A stretch of 64,000 nt of DNA from Malacoraja senta (taxonomy: Eukaryota). The position numbers were made by a program, and so were the translations under genes. Under the pieces are notes generated by a model. It did not search any database, was not told the DNA's origin, and worked only from the letters and a program-made list of their open reading frames with translations. Location: assembly GCA_038087875.1 (NCBI GenBank), contig CM075989.1, forward strand, positions 15,500,001 to 15,564,000. The letters run 5' to 3'. This document shows, piece by piece, positions 13,270 to 25,644 of the stretch (positions are counted from its first letter, which is position 1; the number at the start of each line of letters is the position of its first letter).

Positions 13270-13401
13270 GTCTGAAGAAGGGTTTCGGCCCGAAACGTTG
13301 CCTATTTCCTTCGCTCCATAGATGCTGCTGCACCCGCTGAGTTTCTCCAGCATTTTTGTGTACCTTCGATTTTCCAGCATCTGCAGTTCCTTCTTAAACA
13401 C
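13270..13401 (+). mobile_element. Short Penelope-derived element starting at the hammerhead motif
   Basis: gtCTGAAGAagggtttcggcccGAAACGTT...cagcatctgcagttccttcttaaac. Confidence 0.85.
13272..13299 (+). ncRNA. Minimal type I hammerhead ribozyme motif, sense to TCF12 pre-mRNA
   Basis: CUGAAGA, A, stem II GGGU(UUCG)GCCC, then GAAAC-GUU; stem I only about 2 bp, so activity is unproven. Confidence 0.6.
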
Positions 13402-13884
13402 GTTAACAAATATTTTAATAATTTTCATCAGTAGCTCAATTCCGATCATTAATCTTTCATTTTCCACCGTTTATTCTAATCAGTAGTTTCACAAATATAA
13501 TGTGGCTTTGAGTACATTAATATAGTTGATTTTTGAATGTTTTGTTAATGTGTGTTATTCCATTGTCAGCTTGCTTTAGACACAGATTTGTTTAATGTTT
13601 TCATCGTTGTTAATATCAATGTAATAGCCTTCCTGAGATAATATGTAACTGTTTTAAATGTGTGTTCCTTGTCTTGTGCACCGTGAATACAAGGATGAGA
13701 CAAGTACCTCACTATCATCAGTGCATTTATTAATATGCACAACATGACCATTTCCAGTGGAAGGTTATTAGTTTGATGTTTTGTATCCTCCAGTGAATGA
13801 AATGATGTGTGATTATGAAGTCATCAGGCATGGACCAGTAAGACTCGTGAGACCCTCCCCCTTTCTGAGTTCCTCGGGGTGCCA

Positions 13885-14032
13885 NNNNNNNNNNNNNNNN
13901 NNNNNNNNNNNNNNNNNNNNNNNNNNNNNNNNNNNNNNNNNNNNNNNNNNNNNNNNNNNNNNNNNNNNNNNNNNNNNNNNNNNNNNNNNNNNNNNNNNNN
14001 NNNNNNNNNNNNNNNNNNNNNNNNNNNNNNNN
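13885..14032. other. Assembly gap (148 N)
   Basis: Run of N. Confidence 0.98.
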
Positions 14033-15637
14033 TCAGTGAATAGCTTGTGTTGGCTGGAGGATAGTAACAGTGAGCTGCTCTAAAGGCAAACATTATTCTT
14101 TCCCTGAAATGAAGCTTGCATTTTTCATTGCAAATATGGGAAAAGTAATTTTGCTATTGGAATGATTTATAAAAAATCTAAAACGACTAAAATCTTGTGA
14201 TCTGAGGAATTGCTAAAGTTGCATTTTAGATGCTCTTGTTACCATGGTGCAAATTGAATCTTATTTTATTACTTTGCAATGAGCACTTATGGAGAGAAGA
14301 TACACGCAGCATTATCTTGATCTGAAAAGTTTTCCACCTCCCTTAAGGATTTTATTATTTTTTTTAAATTGAGCTTTCTATCTGTGTTTCTTGTTTTATA
14401 TTGCTTAATCCTGGACCTTTCTCATAATTGATCTATTCATTCCACCTAATGACTAATTACATATCAGAGCACATCAGCAGTAGCATTCATCATGGTAGAA
14501 TGTAATAATCAATGACATTTCAACAAAGGGAAAAAATAAATATGCAAATAAGGACTCATTAACATTTGCATGAGCAGTTTGAATAATCACGTTGCTGACA
14601 AGGCTGTAATTAACAGAAATTGATGCTGAGTTCAGGATTCGATAGTGTGTTTTCTCAGCATTTTATTGTTGTCACTGCAGGAGCTGAAATGCAGTTCAGC
14701 TCTAGTTGTAGGCTCCAGATACGCTTGATGTGAGGTCTACTGTCAGGTACAATAGGCTTCTGGGAGTTCTTAATTCTATCTTTGACCTGCTCATAATGGA
14801 TATAATGTTTTTTTGTATTAGAGATATTGATATTAATTGCAATTTTCTAATTAAAAATATTAATCAAGAATCTTCTAGTCTGATGTTGGTTAATCTGGAT
14901 TGTGCAATGGGTTTACATGTAAATTGATTTAATGCTGTCAATTAAAATTGTATACATGCAAAACATAGTTTGGTATGAACTCTTAGAAATTCACTTGTGC
15001 TGTTTAAGATTTGGTTGTGAAACTCCAGACTCCCACCAGATAATTGTATAATCCTCTTGGGGAATATTTAATATGCGTAATGTGTTGCATGCAACTTTTA
15101 AATACATGAACCCACTCACTGGAAAATGAACTTCGTTCCATTGCTATCCTTTTCAGCCAACATTGTTGTCTGTTGTTTTACATTAGCAAATTTCACTAGT
15201 TGCTCTGTTATTCCTTGACTGCAAATAAATCTGGCATTGTTTTGCATTGACCCATTTACAGCTGAGTCTGGTTTCCCTGGAACTCTGTATTCAGAGTTCA
15301 CCATCTGCATTTTTACCCAGTTCCCTCTTGCATTACTCCCACTTTTCCTGTCCTGTTTTTTTGCCACGGATATTAAGAAAATGTATAAAACACAAAACAG
15401 TGTCAGTTTTTTGGATGGTTGCAAGTGCTGATTAGAACAAGTTTGAGGAATTTTCTTTGAATGTGCATCCATGCCATATGGCTCAACATGGAACATTAAC
15501 TTGACACAGATAATGGATTGTTATGAGTGGATACAATTTTGCCTCTAGCTTGATAATTCATTATGTTTGGATATGGGATAATGCATGTAGATTTGTAGAA
15601 CAGAATTTCATTTTTCTCCCACTATAGGGAGTTAACT

Positions 15638-16022
15638 TCAAGATTCAAGAGAGTTTATTGTCATGTGTCCCTGATAGGATAATGAAATTCTTGCTTTGCT
15701 TCAGCACAACAGAACATAGTAGGCATGAATACAGAACAGATCAGTGTGTCCATATACCATTATATAAATATATACACACATGAATAAATAAACTGATAAA
15801 GTGCAAATAACAGATAATGGGCTATTAATCTTCAGAGTTTTGTCTGAGCCAAGTTTAATAGCCTGATGGCTGTGGGGAAGTAGCTATTCCTGAACCTGGT
15901 CGTTGCAGTCTTCAGGCTCCTGTACCTTCTACCTGAAGGTAGCAGGGAGATGAGTGTGTGGCCAGGATGCTGTGGGTCCTTGATGATACTGCCAGCCTTT
16001 TTGAGGCAGCGACTGCGATAGA
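15638..16022 (-). mobile_element. Rex1-type LINE 3' fragment
   Basis: (ttcaaga)n tail, tttattgtca...aatgaaattcttg, then RT C-terminal sequence (tccttgatgatactgccagcc). Confidence 0.75.
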
Positions 16023-16315
16023 TCCCCTCGATGGAAGGGAGGCATAATGTGAAAACTTTAAATGCTATTTAAAAATTAATTGTCTTGACATTATGAACCT
16101 TATTATAAACAGTTGTATGATTTCTTGTGGTTTAAATTGGATCAATAAAATCTGTTTGTGAAGTACAAACTGATGTTGCATATTTTTTGTTCAAATAACT
16201 TTAATGTAAATTCTGCTGTGTTATTCTCACAATGATCATCTACAGAGGCATTTGACCGTATGTATAACCAGCTTTCTCACGATGAACAACCAAGCTTCAT
16301 CCTTTATTGGCAAGA

Positions 16316-16619
16316 TTAGTTTAGTTTAGAGATACAAAGTGGAAATAGGCCCTTTGGTCCACCGAGTCCGCACCAGCCAGCGATATCTGCACATTAACGC
16401 TATTCTACGCACACTAGGGACAATTTATAATTTTACCAATCCAATTAACCTACAAACCTGTACGTCTGGAGTGTGGGAGGAAACCGGATCTCTCGAGGAA
16501 AACCCACACGGTCACGGGAAAAATACAAGCTCCGTACAGATGCGCCATAGTCAGGATCGAACCCGGTTCTCTGGCGCTGTAAAGCAGCGACTCTAACGCT
16601 GCGCCACCTTGCCGCACGG
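16316..16619 (-). mobile_element. tRNA-derived V-SINE (HE1-like), near full length
   Basis: Tail, V-domain and reverse B box ggatcgaacc; homologous to 9039, 27590 and 57394. Confidence 0.88.
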
Positions 16620-16915
16620 TCATGTTCACATTCCTTTCTTACATTAATCTTACATACATTTGCCTTCAAGTTATTTATATATCTTTGTAAAATGTTGTGG
16701 GTCCAGGACTGATCTCCATTACACCATGCATTACATATGCTAACCAGAGAACAGGATGGTGGATGACTGGAGAGATTCAGAGAATTTCAAATAGTGGAGT
16801 CTAGCAGTAGAAAGCATAGTTACTGGCAGCTGAGGTGGGGATATGTAAGGAGGTGACGATGCAGATTTGAAAGAAAACAAATGCTGACAATGCTCTGGGT
16901 CGGGCAACATCTGGC

Positions 16916-16941
<26 letters not shown>
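16916..16941 (+). repeat. (GA)n microsatellite inside a decayed Penelope-derived end (about 16850-17110)
   Basis: About 13 GA units. Confidence 0.85.
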
Positions 16942-16947
<6 letters not shown>

Positions 16948-18294
16948 GACACCCTGCATCAAGACTTACAGTTTAAAGAGGAGATGGCCAGCATAAAGGG
17001 GTGAGGGGGAGTGGTGAGACGAGAGCCGGCAGGTGTTAAGCGGGTTAGGTTGCGCAGGAGTTGATGGGTAGATGGAGCCTGGTTGGGGAGGGAAGGGTGG
17101 AAATAATTATATTGGTTGAGATGATTAGTAGCAACATGGAAATTTGGCGGACGGGGGGGGATGCATGTTATGAGTTGGTTATGGCATAAGATTTTTTTTT
17201 ATAGCAGTTAGGAGGTATTCCAGAACATACATTGAAACAAATAAATCTCGGGTTCATGTGGGGTAATGTTTTGATTGGAGATTTGAGTTGGACTTTATGG
17301 AGTTGGGGATTGGGAGCCATGGTGATTGTATGAACCGGTTTCTGCAAATGAGTCATGAAAGGTTGGGGTCAGATTCCTACAGTTGTAGACAGATTGCTGA
17401 GATTAGTAGCAGGAAATACATGTATATAGGTCTTCCTAATATTTATCTGGGGGAAATTTATGCTCATCTAACAGATTTCAAATCTGAGAGTTTGGAATGG
17501 TTGCAAGAAGTGAGTTGTGACTGAGTGTTGTCACTGTACTTGTGGGCTTTACTGTGCAAAGATGTTGGGGACAGCAGGCATAAGAAAAGAAACCCCAATA
17601 TTTGGGAGCTCTCAGTGATAATGTGGGGGCAAGAGCAGAAATTCCAGATGATTATGTGGCTACAAATTGCTAGAGAAAAATTTAAATGAAGATATGTGCT
17701 TTCTCACTCAGCGGTGTTATGCAGCAAAGTTTTGGAGGAAGATAATGCGGTTAACAGTGGTGATTGTAGGTGAAATGAAGGGAGAAAAGGACCAGGGTGA
17801 AAATGAGTCTAGGAAACATCAGTATAATTGGAATTGAAACACAGCTTGCCAAATATGCTGTGCCAATTGAAATGTTGACGACTATGTTAATGGATTTTTT
17901 TCTAGAAAGAATGTAGGCATATAGTGCAATTTGTGTAAATAGTTTTGATACAGATCCGCTGATGTGTAATTGAATTCTAAAATTGGCTTGTAGGGGTGAA
18001 TGGTTATACTTAAGTTCTTTTCAGATGCTGCAGATTTGTTCGTGAAGACTGAGGAGCCACTTGCTTATCACTTTGTGTTTGTTAAACTTGTGCTTTTGAT
18101 TACTTACCTTTTTCAAATAAGCAATACCCTGCCGGGTAAACGTGCTTTATTTTTGTCAATAGATGGCATTTTCTGTACAATTGGCTAATAAATGTGAAGC
18201 ATGGCATCGGCCTAGTTTTCTTCTACGCACGAGCGGCATGACTCGTGTTGTTGCTCGCTCTTTGCGATAACATTGGTAACATTGAAATACTTTA

Positions 18295-18845
18295 AGTGTG
18301 ATGCAAATAAAGTCTTACAGCGTGGAAACAGGCCCTTCAGCCCAATTTTCCCACACCGACCAACATGTCCCATCTACACTAGTCCCACGTGCCTGCATTT
18401 GGACCATATCCCTCTAAACCTGTCCTATCCATGTACCTGTCTAAATGTTTATTATTAATGATGTTACCTGCCTGAACTACTTCCTCCGGCAGCTCGTTCA
18501 GGTGAAGACGTTACCCTTCAAGTTCCCATTAAATCTTCCCCTCCTCACTCTAAAGCTATGTCCTTTGGTTCTCGATTGCCCTACTCTGGGCAAGAGACTG
18601 CGTGTCTACCCAATGTGCCAAAAGACATTTTGACCACCCTAACTGCCTGAGATGCCACTTTTAACAAACTGTGTACCTGTACTCCGAGATCCCTCTGCTC
18701 TACACCACTCCCCAGAGCATTACTGTTTATTGTGTAGGTTCTGCCCATGTTATTGCTCCCAAAATGCAACACCTCACATGTATTTGTATTACCATTCCTC
18801 AGCCCACCTGCCCAACTGATCAAGATCCCACTGCAATTTTTGACA
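18295..18845 (-). mobile_element. CR1-type LINE 3' fragment with internal deletion
   Basis: Minus frame CEVLHFGSNNMGRTY...VEQRDLGVQVH, typical CR1 RT thumb region; HER1-like tail. Confidence 0.8.
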
Positions 18846-19021
18846 ATCAGCTTTTGTGTCTTGAAACTATTTTATTTAAAAAAAAGTAATTTGCTTCACA
18901 AATTTAAATGCATTAATTCTGAGATGCTGCTTGAACTATAACCTGCATGGTCATTACAATGTTGAGAAGTCAAGTACTGTCCTAGGTTGCAAATAGATGC
19001 ATTGGAACTCATTCCAAAGGC

Positions 19022-19647
19022 CTTTCCTGCCGGGACCGACCAGAGCTCCAGCAGCAGCGGCGCAGCGTTGGAAACATCGCGGGGCGGGCGATGCCTTACC
19101 CGGGGATCGGCGTTTGGAGCTCCGGAGTGCTGGGCCTGCTGCACCAACAGCGCGGAGCTGTGGTTCGCGGAGCTCCCAACGCGGGCGGTGCTGACCAACA
19201 TCGCGGAGTCCTGCGACTCCGCCAGGCTTGGCCTGTGGACTTCGGGAGCCGCAGACTCCGGTGGGAGGCGGCTGATCTGGAGGTCCGGGCCGCTGAGGAT
19301 GTTCTCCGTCGGGGTTCGGCGTCGGGGTTCCACCGTTCCCGGCGAGAGGGCCTGAGCATCGGGCCGCCCGTGGCGGCGACTGCGGGTGCTCGGAAGGCCC
19401 CGACCATGGGTGAACATCTGGGAAGATCGGCAGGGAGGCTGGCTGGACTATGGCACCTTCCTTAACTTTGGTGCCGCTGTGGGATTATGTTGTGTGTGGA
19501 CTTCTGAGTTTGTGCTTTTAAAAAAAATAATGTTTATTTATTTATTATTTATTTTTATGTTACTTGACTGTAAGGAAAATCCATTTCGTTGTCTCTAAAA
19601 TGAGATAATGACAATAAATTGAATACAATACAATACAATACAATACA
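19022..19647 (+). mobile_element. CpG-rich non-autonomous retroelement, 5'-truncated, Rex1-type tail with (aatac)n
   Basis: Core aligns by eye to 478-890; ends catttcgttg...aatgacaataaattg(aatac)5. Confidence 0.75.
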
Positions 19648-20004
19648 AAAATTGTATAGATGAAGTATGGCAAGAAAACACCAATATTAACTGTTCTATG
19701 TGAACAGTTGGGATTGGCATTTCATGTGTATGATTCCTCATGCAATACAGTGCCCTCCATAATGTTTGGGATAAAGACCCATCATTTATGTATTTGCCTC
19801 TGTACTCCACAATTTGAGATTTGTAATAGAAAAAAAATCACATGTGGTTAAAGTGCACATTGTCAGATTTTAATAAAGGCCGTTTTTATACATTTTGGTT
19901 TCACCATGTAGAAATTATAGCAGTGTTTATACGTAGTCCCCCCCATTTCAGGGCACTATAATGTTTGGCACATGTAAATGAAAGTAGTCATATTTAGTAT
20001 TTTT

Positions 20005-20836
20005 GTTTAAGAAAGAACTGCAGATGCTGGAAAAATCGAAGGTAGACAAAAATGCTGGAGAAACTCAGCGGGTGAGGCAGCATCTATGGAGCGAAGGAAT
20101 AGGTGACGTTTCGGGTCGAGACCCTTCTTCAGACTGATGTGGAGATGGGGGGGGGGGAAGAAGAAAGGAAGAGGCGGAGTCAGTAGGCTGAAGGAGAGCT
20201 GGGGAGGGGAAGAAGTCAAGGACTACCTGAAATTGGGGAAGGCCATGTTCATTCCGCTGGGGTGTAAACTGCCTAAGTGAAATTTGAGGTGCTGCTCCTC
20301 CAATTTGCGGTGGGACTCACTATGGCCATGGGGGAGGCATAGGACAGAAAGGTCGGATTCGGAATGGGATGGGGAGTTGAAATGCTGGGCCACCGGGAGA
20401 TCAGGTTGGTTATTGCGAACTCAGCGGAGGTGTTGGGCGAAGCGATCACCAAGCCTACGCGTGGTCTCACCGATGTAGAGCAGCTGACACCTAGAGCAGC
20501 GGATGCAATAAATGAGGTTGGAGGAGGTGCAGGTGAACCTCTGCCTCACCTGGAAAGACTGCTTGGGTCCTTGGATGGAGTCAAGGGGGGAGGTAAAGCG
20601 ACAAGTGTAGCATTTCCTGCGGTTGCAAGGGAAAGTACCAGGGGAGTGGGTGGGAAGGGACAAATTGACTAGGGAGTTACGGAGGGAGCGGTCTCTGCAG
20701 AAAGCCGAAAGGGGAGAAGATGGGAAGATGTGGCCAGTGGTGGGATCCCGTTGGATGTGGCAAAAATGTTGGAAGATTATCTATTGTGGCGAAAATGTTG
20801 GAGGATTATCTGTTGGGCGAAAATGTCGGAGGATTA
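20005..20836 (-). mobile_element. Penelope-like retroelement 3' fragment (GIY-YIG endonuclease plus 3' end carrying a hammerhead)
   Basis: ORF 20421-20663 reads PGTFPCNRRKCYTC...NLIYCIRCSRCQLLYIGETTRRLGDRFAQH, a PLE GIY-YIG domain with Cys motif. Confidence 0.9.
20105..20132 (-). ncRNA. Minimal hammerhead ribozyme motif in the Penelope 3' end
   Basis: CUGAAGA, A, GGGU(CUCG)ACCC, GAAAC, then canonical GUC triplet; perfect 4-bp stem II. Confidence 0.65.
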
Positions 20837-22844
20837 GTATGTTTAGTAGTTTAGTATCCTTTGCATGCAATGGCTGCTTGAAGTCTGCGATTCATGGACA
20901 TCACCTGTTGCTGGGTGTCTTTTCTGGTGATGCTCTGCCAGGCCTGTATTGCAGCCATCTTTAGCTTATGCTTTTTTTCGGGGGCTCGTCCCCTTCAATT
21001 TTCTCTTCAGCATTTCAAAGTCATGCTCAATTGGGTTCAGATCTGGGATTGACTTGGCCACTCAAGAATTGAGCATTTTTTAGCTTTGAAAAACACCTTT
21101 GTTGCTTTAGAAGCATGCTTGGGATCATTGTCTTGTTGTAGAATGAACCGCCGGCCAATGAGTTTTGAGGCATTTGGTTGAACTTGAGTAGATAGGATGT
21201 GTCCATACACTTCAGAATTCATTATGCTACTACCATCAGCAGTTGTATCATCAATGAAGATAAGTAAGCCAGTACCTTCAGCAGCCAAACATACCCAGGC
21301 CATAACAACACCCGCACCACCGTGTTTCACAGATGAGGTGGTACGCTTTGGATCTTGAACAGTTCCCTCTCTCCTCCATACTTTGCTCTTGCCATCACTC
21401 TGATATAAGTTAATCTTCGTCTCGTCTGTCCACAAGACCTTTTTCTAGAACTGTGGTTGCTCTTTTTTTTTTAAAGTACTTCTTGGCAAGTGGTTTGCAT
21501 CTTGCAGTGTAGCCTCTGTATTTCTGTTCATGAAGTCTTCTGCGGACAGTGGTCATTGACCAATCAACACCTGATTCCTGAAGAGTGTTTCTGATCTGTC
21601 GGACATGTGCTTGGGGATTTTTTTTAAATTATAGAGAGAAGTCTTCTGTCATCTTCTGTGGAGGTCTTCCTTGGCCTGCCAGTCCCTTTGCGATTAGTAA
21701 GCTCACCAGTGCTCTCTTTCTTCTTAATGATGTTCCAAACAGTTGATTTTGGTAAGCCTAAGGTTTGCTGATCTCACCAACAGTTTTATTCTTGTTTCTC
21801 AGTCTCATAATGGCTTCTTTAACTTTCATTGACACAACTTTGGTCCTCATTTTGATAAACAGCAATAAAAGTTTCCAACGGTGATGGAAAGACTAGGTGC
21901 TGAGAGCTCTCTTATACCTGCATTAAGGAGGTAATTAAACACACCTGAGCAATTACAAACACCTGTGAAGTCATGTGTCCCAAACATTATGGTGCTCTGA
22001 AATGGGGGGACTACGTATAAACACAACTTTTATTTCCACATGATGAAACCAAAATGTATAAAAATGGCCTTTAATAGAATCTGACAATGTGCACTTTAAC
22101 CACATTTTTTCTATTACAAATCTCAAATTGTGGAGTACAGAGGCAAATAAATAAATGATGGGTCTTTGTCCCAAACATTATGGAGGGCACTGGATGTGCA
22201 TGAGGTGTAGTACAAACATAGATTGTGATTGCCTATGCGCTGAGCTGTGCAATCAAGCTGTTGGCAACACATGAGTTTTTGAAATTTGAGGGGAAAAATG
22301 AGCAATATGTGGTTCACAAAACAATCAAGTACATACTAATGTTGCACATTGTCTCATCCTATTTATTGCAGAGTTTAGTTAAAAATGCTAATGCAAAGGT
22401 AATATTAGCAATTCAAAATTAAAATCAAGATAATTGCATGTACTGTGAGCATTGATTGTCATTGGCATCAGAATCATTTGGAGGGGTGGAGTTTATAGGT
22501 GATCATCTAAAGGTTAGGTTGAAATAGTGATTGTGGTTGAAAACTTGTTTTGTCATTGATCTCTGCAGGGATCCTTTAGTTTATTGTTAATGCTGTATGT
22601 TGTAGTTGTTATTTTCCCCTGCTCTGCTTTCCCATTGTTCATGGCTGAATGAGTAATTTGGCATGGAATTGATTCGTCCAGCAGCTGTGGTTTTTGGCAA
22701 AAGGCAGTTTACATCTCCGCTATAGATAGAAGTAGGGTTGGAATATTTTTGAGAGTTAAATTGCAGAATGGATAAATTGTGTGACTCTTTCATCCAGAAA
22801 CCTTTGTCCAATTTACCACTAGGGTAGTGATTAGATATTTGAAG

Positions 22845-22938
22845 ATAGACATAAAAAGCTGGAGTAACTCAGCAGGTCAGACAGCATCTCTGGAGAAAAG
22901 GAGTAGGTGATGTTTCGGGTCGAGACCCTTCTTTAGAC
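22845..22938 (-). mobile_element. Short Penelope-derived element, hammerhead core mutated
   Basis: Homologous to 20040-20135; core reads CUAAAGA. Confidence 0.75.
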
Positions 22939-23146
22939 CTCTGCATAGTTTCCCCAGAATACATTTTAATCTCATTTTCCTAAGAAGATAAGAAATCCAA
23001 ATAACAGTTCAGCAGAAATGTTATTCATAATTGCGAGAACATGGAATGACGTTTCAGGGAAAGCTCAGCAAATAGTAAGTAGTAAATAGAAGATCGCACT
23101 GTTTGGCAACAGAAACCAAAACTAGCCAATGGATCATAAACACAAG

Positions 23147-23228
23147 ATAGACACAAAAAGCTGGAGTAACTCAGCAGGACAGGAGAGAAGGAATGGGTGA
23201 TGTTTAGGGTCGAGACCCTTCTTCAGAC
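23147..23228 (-). mobile_element. Short Penelope-derived element with a 13-bp TSD
   Basis: tcataaacacaag at 23134-23146 and 23229-23241; 5' end on the minus strand is gtCTGAAGA. Confidence 0.82.
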
Positions 23229-24459
23229 TCATAAACACAAGGGCTGTTTGGCTAATCACCCTGTTTCTGTGCTCTATATTTAATGCAAAGCTCTGGTCAT
23301 TAACTAATCTTGGCCATTTGTATGATCCAGTAGTTAGAAAAGGTGAATAGTTGACTGCAGTGGGAGGCAGTCATTGGACTTGCCAATTGAGAGCAAGCCA
23401 CCTTGCTTACCTCTGGTTTCTCATCCTCCAGAACACCCGAGACCAATTATGGCTTGCTAATCTTCTGGGTGATAGCAATTAAGTCAAACAGAACCCAGCT
23501 TGTGATGTATCGGGCTCAAATGAGTACTGAATTCAAGTCAGTTTTCTCATTTTGACTGCATTGTGTTATTTTAAAGAAAGTTTTGGATCTATTTGCAAAT
23601 TTCTGGCGAATCCTGATCTGAATTAATCCATTACTTTGGTCCTTGTGGTTTCCCTCTGCCTTTTTGACTTTGCTTCCTTAAACTGTTGGTTCAACATTTG
23701 TGTCATTACTACTTCCATTTTGCAACAAAAGCATTTATTATATTTTTTATAGCTATTATATTTTTTATAGCTATTTATTATAGTTTTTTCGCTAGGTTTA
23801 CATACCGAGTTTGTGGAATTGTAATTTTATCTGCTTACTGGGCATTGAATACTTCACAGGCCAATTATGCTAGAATGTTCCATTTGCAACAGTTCAAATC
23901 TATTGTGTAATTTGTTAATATTGCAATAGTGCTCATTTTGCCTAATTAGCTAAATTATGAATCAGACGGAGCCTAATGATTTTACCTAACAGTGGTGGGA
24001 TTTGGAACCTCAATTGCTGTTTTTAGGAATACGTCAGTTGCAACCTGTATACTGCCACTGGGATTTTTACATTTTAACAGATGAAGAATTTTCTGAAAGC
24101 ACCGCTTGAACACAATCGTTCCTTATGGAATATTTTACTTACCACCAGAGGGCTTACACAAGTACTTCACAAAATAAGATTTTCAGTTGCATGATCAAAG
24201 CAATATTTGTCTTTCTTAAAGTAATTTTTGATTGCTGCAGTTGTAGATTGGAAATGTGGATAAATCAGGTACCCAGCCATGTGTCCTTTCCCATTTTCCC
24301 TGTACGGTATTGGCTTTCTGTTCAATTATTTTAAAATTATGCTTTTTTTTTGGTATCCAGATCTCTCCATAGCTTTGTCCCTGTAGAAATCCATCACCCA
24401 AAAATAAAACCCAACAATAACCTAAGATTTTGCTGAGAATTAGGTGACATTTCAGCTAA

Positions 24460-25370
24460 AGACACAAAGTGCTGGAGTAACTCAACAGGTCAGGCAGCAT
24501 CTCTGGAGAACATGGATAGGTGACCTTTTGGGTTGGGACCTTTCTTCAGACTGATTGTGGTGGGGGTGGGGGGGGGGAAAGAAGAGATGAGGGCCAGGTT
24601 AAAGATTGGCTTCGGAATAGGAGGATACAGATGGTATAGTAGGCAGATGGTAGGACTAAGGTTAAAGACGAAAATCTTATTCCGTCTGGGGAGAGCGGGA
24701 AGCGAGAGCAGAACTACGCAACACAGAGGAGATGCAGGTAAGGGATCCATCTATGACAGTATGGGGGAATCCACATTACTAAAGAAAGAGGATAATAATA
24801 ATAATAATAATCATTTTATTTACTGGCGCCTTTCTACAACCCAAGGACACCTTACAATGCATAGAATCACAAAAAAACCAAAAAAAAACACATAATCGGA
24901 ATAAATTAAATATAAAAACAGATGTCTCTGATGTCCTGGAATGCAAAGCCTCATCTTGGGAGCTGATGCAGCAGACACAGAGAATTTAAGGGTAGGGGAT
25001 GGCGTCTTTGCAAGATACGGGTGGGAGGAGGTGTGGGTCGGTGGGTTTGTAGTAGATATCAGTCAATAGTCTGTGCCCTGTGACTGGGGAAGAGGTGTCA
25101 GATAGTCCAAGTGAATTTGAGGGCAGGGTGGAAGTTAGTGATAAATGAAATCAATAAGTTCTGGACAGGTGTAGGAGGCAGCTCCAATGTAATCATCAAT
25201 GTAGTGGAGAAAGAGTTGAGGGGATAAACTCAAAATGCTGGAGTAACTCAGCAGGTCAGGCAGCATTTCTGGAGATAAGGAATAGGTGACGTTTCGGATC
25301 GAGAACCTTCATCAGGTCCCAGTGTGTGTTTGGAACAAGGACTGTTCGACATAACCAACAAAGAGGTATG
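24460..25370 (-). mobile_element. Decayed Penelope region with a nested L2-type tail (24793-24920) and a second hammerhead-bearing end (25225-25315)
   Basis: Two Penelope-type ends; RT-like fragments; (aat)n tail sharing ccgattat and tgtaaggtgtccttg with 1100-1206. Confidence 0.6.
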
Positions 25371-25644
25371 CAAACAGCAAAGGTCCAGGTGGTTGTGAGA
25401 AGCCTTTAGAAACACTTACACTGTGATATGATGCTTTTGAATTCGCGTTTCTCTTTCTTCGATGCAAACTTGAACTGTTAAAGTGACCCTGGTTCATGCC
25501 TTCAGTGAATTCCAAAATTATACCTATTTAATAAGCACATGAACTCTTAAATAGCATTGTTTAATTAAGGGAAATGAAGGTGACCTCTTTGCAGGTCTCA
25601 TTCAAAGGAATTTATTTAAAAGCTTGGCTTGCTCTCCTGATTTT

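Larger units (their letters stand above)
19748..22192 (-). mobile_element. Tc1/mariner IR/DR transposon, defective, interrupted by a Penelope
   Basis: TA|cagtgccctccataatgtttggg ... cccaaacattatggagggcactg TIRs of about 220 bp; transposase WTDETK...QQDNDPKH...NPIEH with deletions and frameshifts. Confidence 0.93.

Noticed and set aside
18896-19465. Overlapping 100-170 aa ORFs on both strands (also 407-1018, 2373-2779, 40265-40651)
   Set aside because: They lie in GC-rich repeats where stops are rare, show no recognisable domain, and their frames differ between sister copies
20759-20836. CRISPR-like repeat array
   Set aside because: Tandem units without spacers in vertebrate DNA; a retroelement junction feature
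24065-24275. Acceptor-like ttttaacag|ATG and ORFs MKNFLK.../MEYFTY... as an extra exon
   Set aside because: In the TCF12 phase it reaches TGA after 9 codons; no convincing donor and no recognisable homology
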